DNA of 62,244 bases, from positions 1-62,244 of IMG/VR virus record IMGVR_UViG_3300025803_000012. One strand, given 5' to 3'. Made by a program: the position numbers and the translations under genes. Source of the stretch: a virus (lineage: Duplodnaviria; Caudoviricetes). Below the pieces are notes generated by a model. That model was not told the origin of the DNA. It saw nothing but the letters and a program-made list of their open reading frames with translations, and did no database searches. Shown in pieces: positions 25,218 to 35,475 of the stretch (the first letter of the stretch is position 1; each line of letters starts with the position of its first letter).

Positions 25218-27052
25218 TATCTGCCTCCATCTGGTTGTACATCTAATCGAAGTGTACCATATCTCCATTTATCACCAACAGCGTCACTGTCAATACGAAC
25301 ATTTGCTTGTCTTCCTCTACCTCGTAAATCAAATTTTTCTGTTGTAGGAACTACAGTTCTTACAACGGTTTGACTGTTTGTTGCATTCGGATATGTTTTA
25401 AATTTTAATGTTACATCAACAGATCCTGTAAGATCTTTAAAGTTTGGTATACCTCTTCCTATATGTAAGAAAGGTTGACCATCAGCAATATCAAAATCAC
25501 CTGACTCAATAAATGCTGTAATAGGTAGTGTTACATTATCATCACCTGTTTCGTGTTGAAATAATGTTGTTGCTCCTGCTGTTAAACCGTTAATAACATT
25601 ATTATTAGCAACTCCTGTTGTTGAATATTCTGTAGCATATGGTTTTTGATACACGCCATAATCTTGCCATGTTGTTCTAGCCAAGGATCCTGTTGACCAA
25701 CAGTCTTCTAAATAGTTATAGGTAACATATCTGTCAATTTGTGTGGCATCATTAGAGGTATAGAACCACGTTACTTCATTAAACTCTGAGTTAACAGCAG
25801 CAAAAGTTTCTGGTTGGTTTGTAATACTAAAGTCTTCAAAAACATAATCTTGCACACTACAAGGCATTTTAGAAATAGCACCATCAAACTTATAAAAAGA
25901 ATTCTGTGACATCCAAAAGGCTGTGCCGTTTACATCTACTGCTGAGTGTAAAGATACAGCTCCACAGTTTGCTCCTATTTGTGTTAAGTTAAATGTAAAA
26001 GGTGCACCAACAAATTGTAATGCATTTAAACTTGTATCTGTCCAAACTAATACAGCGTTACGTGATCGTACAGCCGTTATAATTTTTGATCCGTCTTGTA
26101 TTCTAAAAGAACCTGCTGTGTTTGTTGCTGTTGGAACCCATGTGTTATAGTCTTCTTGCGAAGAAAAACGTAAGAATAAATCATCTTTAGATGTTGATGT
26201 TCCAATAACTGTTTCTGTTCCAAATAAAAACACATGTCTATCAGGCATTGATACTAAATTAAATCGTGAGATAGTAGGTGCACTTGATACTACTGCGGCA
26301 GGCGTTCCTACACCAACCGATGTATCCCATCTAAATGTTCCACCATTACTTACAGTAGCTAATAAGTCTTCACCAAAAGTGTCAAAAGACCAGTTACGTC
26401 CTTCGATAGTAACGTTAGACGTAGAACGAGCCGTGCCCCATGCTTCTTTACCCCACTGATAAGTACCCCAACCATAACCATATTGTGATACGGCTGTGCC
26501 TACAGATATTTGATAGGTTGCTGTTGCTGTCGCTGCAGATGCTCCTGTACTTGTTGCATTAGCTGCGGCTGTAATTGTATACGTATTGCTTGTTGGTATA
26601 GTAAGAATTTGATATTCGGCATTCATTGTCGCTGCAGGAATACCGTTAACAGGTCCTGACGTAGATGATATGGTAACAAAATCTCCTATACTTGCACCGT
26701 GACTTGGATCAGTAACGGTAACTGTTGGCGAATTATTAGTTGTACTAAATCCTGTAATTGATCCTGTAGCTCTAACAGGTGTAATGTCATAGGCTACACC
26801 CTCTGTATAAATATATAATTTTCTATCTGTTCCGATGGCCGTGTACCGTACACCGTTAAGATCTGTCCATGCGTGCATGTCTCGTGCAACACCGACCAAG
26901 GTTGTTGGAATTAATTTTAACCATCCACCAATCTTTTCTGGTAGACCGTATCGAAAACGTACAAAATCAGAATCAGTCCAACGTCCTGCTGCACCGTACT
27001 CTGTATCTTGTTTGTCTATCCCTGGGGCAAAAGCTATTTTAGTAAGAGGCAT
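25217..27052 (-). CDS. Tail nozzle / head-stabilisation protein (P22 gp10-like position, beta-propeller-like)
   Basis: 611 aa, beta-rich with repeated blade-like segments; located just before the ejection genes. Confidence 0.65.
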   Translation of the reverse strand: MPLTKIAFAPGIDKQDTEYGAAGRWTDSDFVRFRYGLPEKIGGWLKLIPTTLVGVARDMHAWTDLNGVRYTAIGTDRKLYIYTEGVAYDITPVRATGSITGFSTTNNSPTVTVTDPSHGASIGDFVTISSTSGPVNGIPAATMNAEYQILTIPTSNTYTITAAANATSTGASAATATATYQISVGTAVSQYGYGWGTYQWGKEAWGTARSTSNVTIEGRNWSFDTFGEDLLATVSNGGTFRWDTSVGVGTPAAVVSSAPTISRFNLVSMPDRHVFLFGTETVIGTSTSKDDLFLRFSSQEDYNTWVPTATNTAGSFRIQDGSKIITAVRSRNAVLVWTDTSLNALQFVGAPFTFNLTQIGANCGAVSLHSAVDVNGTAFWMSQNSFYKFDGAISKMPCSVQDYVFEDFSITNQPETFAAVNSEFNEVTWFYTSNDATQIDRYVTYNYLEDCWSTGSLARTTWQDYGVYQKPYATEYSTTGVANNNVINGLTAGATTLFQHETGDDNVTLPITAFIESGDFDIADGQPFLHIGRGIPNFKDLTGSVDVTLKFKTYPNATNSQTVVRTVVPTTEKFDLRGRGRQANVRIDSDAVGDKWRYGTLRLDVQPDGGR

Positions 27053-27969
27053 TATGCGATCCTTATAAATCTATATTTAATTTCACCAGCACCGCCGTCA
27101 GCACCAGAAGATTGAGGTTGTCCACCTCCACCTCCACCACCAGAACCTTGAGACCCTACTCCTGCTGCTGTTCCTGCAGGTCCACCAGAACCACCAGATA
27201 CATTGCCAGCGTAAGAAGCCGCTCCAGCGCCACCAGTTTGTTGACAGTTATCGCCCCCACAATTTGCTCCCGTTACACCTGCAACGCCATCACCACCTTG
27301 ATTAAAACTTCCAACTTCTCCTGTATTAAAACTTGTAATATTAATGCCATCAACAGTAGTTCCTGAAGATAAAGAAGATCCTAAAGTAGCTGTTCCTCCA
27401 GAACTTGGATTATTAGAACGAAGAGGACCTTGTACACCACCTCCTGAAGATGATCCACCAACTCCTCCACCTAAAGAAAATATTGCTCCAGTACTTGCAC
27501 CTGTTAAACTTGTTAATCCTCCACTACCAGCAGTAGTGTTGTAAGGATTTCCTGCAGATTGTGGGCCTGCAGCCCCTACTATAGCAGTTAATTGTTCACC
27601 ACCTATTACCGTATATACTTTATCTGATATATAAGCTCCTGATCCACCACCTGTTCCACCTGATTCTCCACCAGCTTTATCATACTCAGCTCCTACAACT
27701 CCACCAGCCCCACCACCAACTGCTTGTTGTATGTGAATAGCATTAGCATTGGCTGGAACATTAAAATTTGTTGTACCTGATCCTGCTATTGTAAAACTTC
27801 CTGGTGTATCAAATAAAGTAAAGACCGTTCGCCATGCACCGCCATCTTTGACGTAGGCATTGGTAATTGTTTTGTTAGTAAAGGATGTACCGTCTCTCAC
27901 GTAGACTTGTGAGCCAGCACTAGAGCTTATCTCACGAAAAGTACCACCGTCTTTAACATAAATTGGCAT
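27052..27969 (-). CDS. Glycine-rich tail fibre/spike protein
   Basis: VGGGAGG...GGGSGAY...GGGGGG..GADGGAG glycine-rich domain. Confidence 0.7.
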   Translation of the reverse strand: MPIYVKDGGTFREISSSAGSQVYVRDGTSFTNKTITNAYVKDGGAWRTVFTLFDTPGSFTIAGSGTTNFNVPANANAIHIQQAVGGGAGGVVGAEYDKAGGESGGTGGGSGAYISDKVYTVIGGEQLTAIVGAAGPQSAGNPYNTTAGSGGLTSLTGASTGAIFSLGGGVGGSSSGGGVQGPLRSNNPSSGGTATLGSSLSSGTTVDGINITSFNTGEVGSFNQGGDGVAGVTGANCGGDNCQQTGGAGAASYAGNVSGGSGGPAGTAAGVGSQGSGGGGGGGQPQSSGADGGAGEIKYRFIRIA

Positions 27970-27975
27970 AAGGCA

Positions 27976-28245
27976 TTATGTATATTTGTACCAAATATCT
28001 CCATCGGATCCACCACTTGGTGCATTTGTACTTACAGTTCTGTTTCCATTAACATTTGTCCCTGCTGTTGTAGAAACAAAAGCTTGTACATCAGCGCCTG
28101 CTGCTGGAGTTCCTCCAATATCAAGATCTAAATTAGTTCTTGAAGTTGCTGCGGCGGCGACATCACTTAAATTGTTTGCTACTTGTAATACACCAGTAAC
28201 TGCTGTACCTGAGAATTTATATTTGATAGATTCATAAGTTGGCAT
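27976..28245 (-). CDS. Small tail-fibre-associated protein
   Basis: NNLSDV....SRTNL motif and C-terminal STNAPSGGSDGDIWYKY. Confidence 0.7.
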   Translation of the reverse strand: MPTYESIKYKFSGTAVTGVLQVANNLSDVAAAATSRTNLDLDIGGTPAAGADVQAFVSTTAGTNVNGNRTVSTNAPSGGSDGDIWYKYT

Positions 28246-28246
28246 T

Positions 28247-28954
28247 TTACTTCTCCATTATCTTCCAACCATAAGACACACCTGAGTACACTAACCCAAA
28301 AGCTGCGTCTTCGGTTGCTACTGTTAAATCTGATGTTTGGTTATTTATTTTTAAACTGTTTCTTCCGACTGTTAAATTGTTTGTATCAAACGTACTAGCT
28401 ACATCAACAAACCGTATCTCGTCTCCTGTCGCAGGAGCGGCAGGCAACGTAATAGTAACGGCCTGTGATGATGTATCGACAAATATTCTATCACCACTAA
28501 AAGCTGTGTAAGCGGCGTTCTTTGTAATCCATGTGCCACCTGATGTCTGGAGTTCAAACCAATTAGTACCATCAGTGGCCAAAAAGACACTTGTTGTAGG
28601 GTTAATAACATATGTATTACCCGAAGCGCCTATTCTAGCTGTAACTGTATAAGTCGAAGAAGCATTTCGTAAGAAGTACAATTTTTCTTTTGAAGTAAAC
28701 TGTACTGTGTGATTAGCTCCCGCATTTGTAAAGATGATAGCAGCTTGTCTATTTTCGTTATCTGCTTGAGTAGCAGGGCCATTTGTATCTGTTAAGACTG
28801 TGGTAGTGCCAGATGATATATTTTTTGTATAAACACCTGCAATGGCTTGTTCAAGAGACTGAGAAAAATTGTTATTGGTTGTTGTGCCCCAAGCATTTGC
28901 CTGATCTCCAACCCCTATTAACTCTATTTGTAGTCTGCTTGAATATGTTGACAT
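28247..28954 (-). CDS. Tail fibre-attachment protein
   Basis: G.QANAWG.TTN.N N-terminus; VDTSSQAVTITLPAAPATGD.IRFVD module. Confidence 0.7.
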   Translation of the reverse strand: MSTYSSRLQIELIGVGDQANAWGTTTNNNFSQSLEQAIAGVYTKNISSGTTTVLTDTNGPATQADNENRQAAIIFTNAGANHTVQFTSKEKLYFLRNASSTYTVTARIGASGNTYVINPTTSVFLATDGTNWFELQTSGGTWITKNAAYTAFSGDRIFVDTSSQAVTITLPAAPATGDEIRFVDVASTFDTNNLTVGRNSLKINNQTSDLTVATEDAAFGLVYSGVSYGWKIMEK

Positions 28955-28961
28955 AATTTAC

Positions 28962-29810
28962 CTAAGCTGCATCTTGCCATGTATTAGTAGCACTATCATC
29001 GACATTTGTCCAAGTATTTGTAGCACTATCATCAACGTTAGCAAACGGTGTATTGGCTGCATCGTCTACTGTTACCCATGCATAAACAGCAGCATCTCCG
29101 ATAACCATATCCATAGAAAGTCCTGTAACGGAAACAATCGTATTGGAGTCAACGGTAACATTTCCAAGAGCGGTAGATATAATATTACCATTTGGAATAG
29201 CTGTAGCAGACGCATTAACTGTTGCTGTGCCGACAGCAGAATTAACAACTTGTCCTGTAACTTCTATTTTTCCTGTAGCAATGACTGTTGAGGTGCCTTG
29301 AGCAACATTCATTGCCTGACCAGTAACAGCTACTGGAGTCTGAGCATCTATGCTAACTGTGCCGAGACCCGTGGATACTGATTGACCTGTAACGGATAGA
29401 GAAGCTGTTCCTGAAACAGTTGAGTTTCCAAGGAACATATCCATGTCTGGTTCAGCAGACGCATCAATAGCAACTTGCCCTCCTGCACTTACCGCATAGG
29501 TTCCTAGTATTTGATTTAAGCCAAACCCTGTAACCGATACGGTTGGGTTAGCAATAACATTAATGGTCGGTGAGCCGAGAGCAGAGTTTATAGAAACACC
29601 AGACGGTGCTGCCACAGACGCTGTATTAAGAACAACTGTACCAACAGCCGATGTTAAAGATTGTCCTGTTATGTTTGGTTGTGCTCCAGCTTGAGCTACG
29701 GCTGTACCTAAAGTAGAATTTAAGGCAAGACCTGTAACAACCGCTACCGCATCTTGTTTACCAAGGGACGATATTGGACCTTCTGCAAATGCTAGGATCC
29801 CTAACGTCAT
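28962..29810 (-). CDS. Repetitive Ala/Thr/Val-rich tail structural protein
   Basis: About 26-aa repeats V.VTG.......LG.V; duplicated NVDDSATNTW near the end. Confidence 0.7.
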   Translation of the reverse strand: MTLGILAFAEGPISSLGKQDAVAVVTGLALNSTLGTAVAQAGAQPNITGQSLTSAVGTVVLNTASVAAPSGVSINSALGSPTINVIANPTVSVTGFGLNQILGTYAVSAGGQVAIDASAEPDMDMFLGNSTVSGTASLSVTGQSVSTGLGTVSIDAQTPVAVTGQAMNVAQGTSTVIATGKIEVTGQVVNSAVGTATVNASATAIPNGNIISTALGNVTVDSNTIVSVTGLSMDMVIGDAAVYAWVTVDDAANTPFANVDDSATNTWTNVDDSATNTWQDAA

Positions 29811-29813
29811 GCG

Positions 29814-30869
29814 CTATCTCGCTGTTGTGGGAACGCCGTCCGAGGTTACAAAAGGATTTGAAGCGAAAGCCATGTAGAGGTACGTGCTACCTGATGCATT
29901 AGTATGACTAAAATCTTGTCTTAACTTAAAACCATTTGACAAAAAGTCTATTTTTTCACTACCAACAACTTCTGCAGCATCTGTGTTAGCTGTAATTAGT
30001 ATGTTATCTACATTATATGTAGGTCTTTTATTATCAAATATGTACCAGTTTTTAGCTGCATTTGTACATTTAATTAGAATATAAGCTGGCTTGAATCCTG
30101 TATAAACAAACGTTCCATCTGCGCTACCATTACCAGTGTATGTTCCAATTTTACTATATCCTTGTATGGATCTAAATAAGTACGATATGTAATTTTGTCC
30201 GTTTTGATTTACTCCTCCCGCAGTACCAATTGTATAAACAGAAGATGTTGGAGCAGTATTACTAAAACTATTTGCGTCAGATGTACTTGCATCTGTAAAA
30301 TTTAGTATCATTACTTTTGATAAGTTTGAACTATCAGCAGTAGCTCCTACAATCCATGCATGATTATCACTTAATCCTTTATTAAATATTATCTCTGGAG
30401 CTGCGCCTAAACCATGTCCAAGAGTTACACTTGAGCCAGTTCCTGTATATGTTACTATAGAAAACCCTGCTGTAGTATTAACTTGCACGCTTGAAGCGTG
30501 TGATCCATCATTATTTGTAACCGTTGTTCCACCATTGTCTTTCCACTGCCATGCTACATAAGTACTTCCATTTGCGTTAACTGAAGCATCGCCAGCATTA
30601 ACCGAAAAACCATCACTATTTAAAGCACTTACAGGAGTTGCATATGCTGCAAGGTTTAAATTACTTGCAACTGCTACGTTGCCACTTAGTCCTAAAGATG
30701 AATTAACTATCATAGAAGCATTTGATCCACTTCTTCTTTTAATCCATAACCAATCTGGTTGTAGATTAGCATTACCGTCATTTGTAACAGAACGTGCGCT
30801 ACCTGTTCCTGTATATAACTGTGTATGAAAATATACTGAAGGATCGTTGATTGTTGTATATACTGCCAT
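29814..30869 (-). CDS. Fibre cassette 3, gene C (DUF7483-like)
   Basis: LYTGTG..QPDWLWIKRR...AGFSIVTYTG...YTGFKPA...YLYMAFA; paralogue of 33028 and 36676. Confidence 0.85.
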   Translation of the reverse strand: MAVYTTINDPSVYFHTQLYTGTGSARSVTNDGNANLQPDWLWIKRRSGSNASMIVNSSLGLSGNVAVASNLNLAAYATPVSALNSDGFSVNAGDASVNANGSTYVAWQWKDNGGTTVTNNDGSHASSVQVNTTAGFSIVTYTGTGSSVTLGHGLGAAPEIIFNKGLSDNHAWIVGATADSSNLSKVMILNFTDASTSDANSFSNTAPTSSVYTIGTAGGVNQNGQNYISYLFRSIQGYSKIGTYTGNGSADGTFVYTGFKPAYILIKCTNAAKNWYIFDNKRPTYNVDNILITANTDAAEVVGSEKIDFLSNGFKLRQDFSHTNASGSTYLYMAFASNPFVTSDGVPTTAR

Positions 30870-30870
30870 G

Positions 30871-32244
30871 TTAACCTCCGTATGCTCCTAGGTTCTTAGT
30901 ACATAACGCATAAAACCCTGATGGTACAGCGTATTCGAAATTTCCGTATCCATTAGCATCTGCATTTCCTGATGCTATAGTATAAGTAGGGTTACCAAAA
31001 TTTATTTGCCATGTAGTATTGTCAGAACCATTTCTGCTAGCTGCTATACAAGGAACCCAAGTTTTTGTTGTGTCTATTGTAAAATCAGGATAACTCGCAT
31101 TAAGTGTTGTTGAAGCATTGTTATTATTATACCAAGTGCCATTGTTGCCAACCCATACTTTACCACTATCTAAATCAACGGCTAATTGCGCAATGTTACC
31201 ACTGTTAAAATTGCTAAAAACTGTAGTTGCTGTGCCAGTATCTAATTTTTGTAAAAGTGTATTACTGCCACCCAAATTAATTCTAATACCCTCTGAGGAA
31301 CCATTTACATCCCCTGTATCATTAACTGAAACTAAAGCAAGATTAGAAACTTCTCCATTTCCTGTTTTTGTTGCCTTACCTTCTATGTACCATTTACCAG
31401 CGGAAAAAGAAAAAGTACCTCTACCAAACCTCCAACCATCAGAGGATGTTGTATACTCCAAGTTGCCTTTTGAAAAATCAGAACCTGAAATATTATTTCC
31501 TTCATCAACGTATATAGGATTTAAGGTACAGAAATTATTTTGACAAGTATCTGTTGTACTAGGATTTGTGCCTAATCCTCCTGAAGTAAAGTGATTACCA
31601 TTACCAGAACTATCTGCACCAAAACCACTCGCATCAGCAGCAGTTCCTGTTCCTGCAAAATCTAATTTAAAACCATTGGTTCCATATGTAACTGAAGGAC
31701 TTGTGTTAGGCACCCAAATACCATTAGCATTTGTTGAACCAAAAACAGTTGGTGCATATGATTGCCCTGCACACATAATATATTGTGCGAGATAAGTTGA
31801 ATCAAGTCCGTTAGAACCAGACTGACCTATTTGATATGGAAATGTAGAGTTTATAAAAGTAACATGATTTTGTGCTGGATAGTTTGCATTTTGCCATTCT
31901 TGTAATTCGCCATTAACATATAATCTTATTCTATCTGCGGCTGTTGCTTGTGTGGTGTCACATCTTAAAACTATATGATACCAAGCAGAAGGATCTCTAA
32001 ATACGCTATTTGTTATTTTTAAATAATCAGGAGAACCACCATTTGTGTAATCTCTCCATCTTAACTTTTGATCACTATCCATTCTAAAGTATCCATTAGA
32101 ACCTCCACTTGCTTGATACACATAATGATATTCTTGTGCACTAGACCCGCTCATGTTTGATGGTTTTAACCAAAAACTAAGAGTCCAAGTTTTTCTTTGT
32201 GCATCTGTTGTGCTTGATGCTGTTCTAGATAATTGAGTCGCCAT
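30871..32244 (-). CDS. Fibre cassette 3, gene B (LamG/ConA-like lectin + SPRY-like)
   Basis: WYHIV, YGTNGF.L.F, GKWYIE, NFGNP and GFYALCTKNL motifs. Confidence 0.85.
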   Translation of the reverse strand: MATQLSRTASSTTDAQRKTWTLSFWLKPSNMSGSSAQEYHYVYQASGGSNGYFRMDSDQKLRWRDYTNGGSPDYLKITNSVFRDPSAWYHIVLRCDTTQATAADRIRLYVNGELQEWQNANYPAQNHVTFINSTFPYQIGQSGSNGLDSTYLAQYIMCAGQSYAPTVFGSTNANGIWVPNTSPSVTYGTNGFKLDFAGTGTAADASGFGADSSGNGNHFTSGGLGTNPSTTDTCQNNFCTLNPIYVDEGNNISGSDFSKGNLEYTTSSDGWRFGRGTFSFSAGKWYIEGKATKTGNGEVSNLALVSVNDTGDVNGSSEGIRINLGGSNTLLQKLDTGTATTVFSNFNSGNIAQLAVDLDSGKVWVGNNGTWYNNNNASTTLNASYPDFTIDTTKTWVPCIAASRNGSDNTTWQINFGNPTYTIASGNADANGYGNFEYAVPSGFYALCTKNLGAYGG

Positions 32245-33026
32245 TAATCAAACCTTCCTGAAGTAGTTATTGCAAAACTTGATGTTAGTGAAAAAGCACG
32301 GTCCGCTGTTTGCCCTTGTGAATCTGTTGCACGAAGAGTAAAGTTATACGTTGTTGCGCTCGTAGACGATCCACCAAAATCACTTGTAGTTATAACACCC
32401 GTGCTTGCGTTTAGCGAACAATTTGCTTGACTTGCGTTTGTTAATACACTTGTTGTTTCTGAAAAGGTTACTGACTCACCAGACGCTGCTACCGTAGCTA
32501 CGGTACCTGAAAAGTTTCCTGCAATAGTTCCAAGAGAACCAGAGTTTGTTGTCCAAACAGGATTATCTGATACGGTAAGTAAAGCTGTATTTGACCGAAC
32601 AGCATTACCATCATTATTTTCTATTCGTAAAAAGTATGTGCCATCTGTCGGTAACGTCAGTGTTGCAACAATAACAGTAGCACTTGTAAAACTTACTGCG
32701 CTCGCTGCTACGATTGCTCCTGTTGTAGAGATTGCGTCAACAGTTGGAATAGATACATAGTTTGTGCCTGTAATAGTGACAGCCGTTGAGTCATTGGTAA
32801 TAACAGTAGGACTAATACTACCAATTGTTGGTTTTGTTTCTGCTGGTAAGTTTGTTAAATTAGACGCATCAAAAGTTGGTGTACCGTACCGTGCATTAGG
32901 AATAGTGCCTGATGTTAATGTTGTAGCAGTAATACCTGGTGTTATTGTAACCGTGTCACCACCTTCACCAATCGTGATGGTAGAACCATCATATTTTTTA
33001 AGGGTATTTACTTTTATCTCTGACAT
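32244..33026 (-). CDS. Fibre cassette 3, gene A (Ig-like domains)
   Basis: PTI.SISP..TITGTNY and YNFTLRATD...TADRAFSL; paralogue of 35475 and 39113. Confidence 0.85.
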   Translation of the reverse strand: MSEIKVNTLKKYDGSTITIGEGGDTVTITPGITATTLTSGTIPNARYGTPTFDASNLTNLPAETKPTIGSISPTVITNDSTAVTITGTNYVSIPTVDAISTTGAIVAASAVSFTSATVIVATLTLPTDGTYFLRIENNDGNAVRSNTALLTVSDNPVWTTNSGSLGTIAGNFSGTVATVAASGESVTFSETTSVLTNASQANCSLNASTGVITTSDFGGSSTSATTYNFTLRATDSQGQTADRAFSLTSSFAITTSGRFD

Positions 33027-33027
33027 A

Positions 33028-34089
33028 TTAGTTAGCCGTTGTTGGCACTCCGTTCGTTGCTACAAATGGATTTTCTGCAAATGCCATGTAGAGATATTGG
33101 TATCCACTACCATTAAAATCATTATCATTAATTCTCATTTTAATACCATTAGATAAAAAATCCATAGCTCCAGTGGACTGTTCAGCATTATTTTCGTTTG
33201 CCCAAATTTTTTGTGAAGCTTGATTAATAGGATCTCTTGCAGTATCATACATACACCACGATGAAACATTTCCTGTGCCTTTGAGCATAAAAAAACGAGG
33301 TTTAAAACCTGTATAGATAAATGTTCCGTCTGCATTACCATTACCTGTGTAGCTACCAAATTTACTATAGCCTTGTATGGGTGCAAAACAATAAGCTATA
33401 AATGTGCCGCCGCTTATATTTGTCCTGTTTGAATAGCCAGTTGTGAAAACTGTGCTAGTTGGATTTGCACCCCATTCGTAAGCGTATGTTGCTGATGGCG
33501 CACCTGTTTCGTTTAACTCAAAAACATTGCTTGAGGTAAAATTACCTATAGTAGTGCTACCAACAGACCACCCATAAGTACCGTTTCTGCGTTTGCAAAT
33601 GATTAGTTCAGGTGCCGAATTAAGGCCATGACCTATTGTTGATGTTTGCCCATTAGAACTGTTAACGCCAGTATAAGACACAATACTAAATCCAGCCGTT
33701 GTATTAGCTTGCACTGTAGAAGTAATTGAACCATCTGTATTACTAGCAGTAGTTCCACCATTTGCTTTCCATTGCCAGCCTACATATGTTTGACCACTTT
33801 CATTTGTTTTACCATCACTTCCTACTGTAAAACCATCAGAATCAAAACTAGTAAAAGCACTCGCTGAACTTTCGTCATTAGTATTATTACTACTTAATAT
33901 ATAACCTGCTCCATTAGTTGAATTTGTTAAAGCATGTGAAGAATTACTACTTCTTTCTTTAACCCAAACCCAATCTGGTTGTAGATTAGAATTACCATCA
34001 TTAACTACATTATTTGTACCTCCACCATTACCAGAATAAAGTGCTGTCTGAAAATATACTGAAGGATCTGTTATTGTTGTATAAGCCAT
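33028..34089 (-). CDS. Fibre cassette 2, gene C (DUF7483-like)
   Basis: Same motifs as 29814..30869. Confidence 0.85.
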   Translation of the reverse strand: MAYTTITDPSVYFQTALYSGNGGGTNNVVNDGNSNLQPDWVWVKERSSNSSHALTNSTNGAGYILSSNNTNDESSASAFTSFDSDGFTVGSDGKTNESGQTYVGWQWKANGGTTASNTDGSITSTVQANTTAGFSIVSYTGVNSSNGQTSTIGHGLNSAPELIICKRRNGTYGWSVGSTTIGNFTSSNVFELNETGAPSATYAYEWGANPTSTVFTTGYSNRTNISGGTFIAYCFAPIQGYSKFGSYTGNGNADGTFIYTGFKPRFFMLKGTGNVSSWCMYDTARDPINQASQKIWANENNAEQSTGAMDFLSNGIKMRINDNDFNGSGYQYLYMAFAENPFVATNGVPTTAN

Positions 34090-34092
34090 ATC

Positions 34093-35475
34093 TTATCCGT
34101 ATGTGTTTAAATTTTCTGTGCAAAGTGCATAGTACCCTGACGGTACTGCATATTCAAAATTACCATATCCTGCTCCATCACTATTACTAGAAGCTATAGT
34201 AAAAGGTGGATTGCCAAAATTTGCTAACCATCTAGGAGTTTCATTAGCTCCAGCGGCAGCAACATTAAAAACAACAACACCGTAAGAATCTGTATTTATA
34301 AAATCTGAACTAAAATTTTTTGCCGATGTAGGGTTAGCTTGATTCCAAGCACCACTTCCATTTCCCCATTGCCCATTGTTGCCAAAATAAACATTATTAT
34401 TATCCATATCTAATGCTACCATCATAACATCATTTAATGATAAACCTGCGCCATATGAAGAAGTACTTGTTCCAGCACCTGTTTTTTCTTTATAATAAAG
34501 ATCTCCATCACCTGTATAAATGTAGGCAAAACTTTCAATGTTTTGAGTGTTTTGTTTATTTGACCAATTTGTAATTCCTGCAAAACCACCGTTCACATCT
34601 TCAGTTATTTTAAATTCAGCGTACCATTTACCTTTAGTCAAACCAATATTTGAAATACATTGATTATCTAATCTTTGACCACTTTGTGCTCCATCTCCTG
34701 TAAAGTCAAAATCTAAATTACCTTGTGTTAAAACATTTCTAGTACCTTGAGGAAAGCCCATAGATGTTAAAGTAGCAAAAACATTACTTGGCGTGTCAAC
34801 AACTTGAGCACCCGTGCCTGCGTTATTTACCGTCCATGTATTACTATTACCACTGGTATCTGTTCCTAATGCCGCAGCATTTTTAAATTCTAATCTAAAT
34901 CCATTGGTGCCGTATGAACCTGAATACGTTTTTGGTTTCCATATACCTGTTGTAGAATCTGTTTCTCCAAAATCTGTATATGATTTTATTGTGCCATCTA
35001 TGTAATAAAACTCTGTTAAATAACCATCAAGATGTTCAGTGCTATTATCATGTCGTCTACCAATATTCATTTGAACACCAGACTGAGACCATTCAAGATT
35101 TGCGTTTTGTACCCAATAAGTCAAGGCTTTTGTTTGTTGAACTCCATTAACATATAATTTCCAACCATCAGTTGAATTAGCTTGGGTAACATCAACACTA
35201 AAAAAAATATGATACCAAGCTGAGTTGTCTCTATATTCTCTATTGCTTTGAAAATAAAAACCACTGGCTGCACTACCATTCAAAGTATTATCAATAATTA
35301 GTAAATCATCTGCAAACCTTACTCTAGTCATGTTAAAAGGTGAAGTTGAAGATGATGCCTCTAGTATATAATGATTACCACTAGCCTTTAGATTTGCTCT
35401 TTTAACCCAAAAGCTAACAGTTGCTTTTGTTCTTGAACCTGTTGAGCTTGGAGTTCTGCTTAAATATGTGCCCAT
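34093..35475 (-). CDS. Fibre cassette 2, gene B (LamG/ConA-like + SPRY-like)
   Basis: Same motifs as 30871..32244. Confidence 0.85.
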   Translation of the reverse strand: MGTYLSRTPSSTGSRTKATVSFWVKRANLKASGNHYILEASSSTSPFNMTRVRFADDLLIIDNTLNGSAASGFYFQSNREYRDNSAWYHIFFSVDVTQANSTDGWKLYVNGVQQTKALTYWVQNANLEWSQSGVQMNIGRRHDNSTEHLDGYLTEFYYIDGTIKSYTDFGETDSTTGIWKPKTYSGSYGTNGFRLEFKNAAALGTDTSGNSNTWTVNNAGTGAQVVDTPSNVFATLTSMGFPQGTRNVLTQGNLDFDFTGDGAQSGQRLDNQCISNIGLTKGKWYAEFKITEDVNGGFAGITNWSNKQNTQNIESFAYIYTGDGDLYYKEKTGAGTSTSSYGAGLSLNDVMMVALDMDNNNVYFGNNGQWGNGSGAWNQANPTSAKNFSSDFINTDSYGVVVFNVAAAGANETPRWLANFGNPPFTIASSNSDGAGYGNFEYAVPSGYYALCTENLNTYG

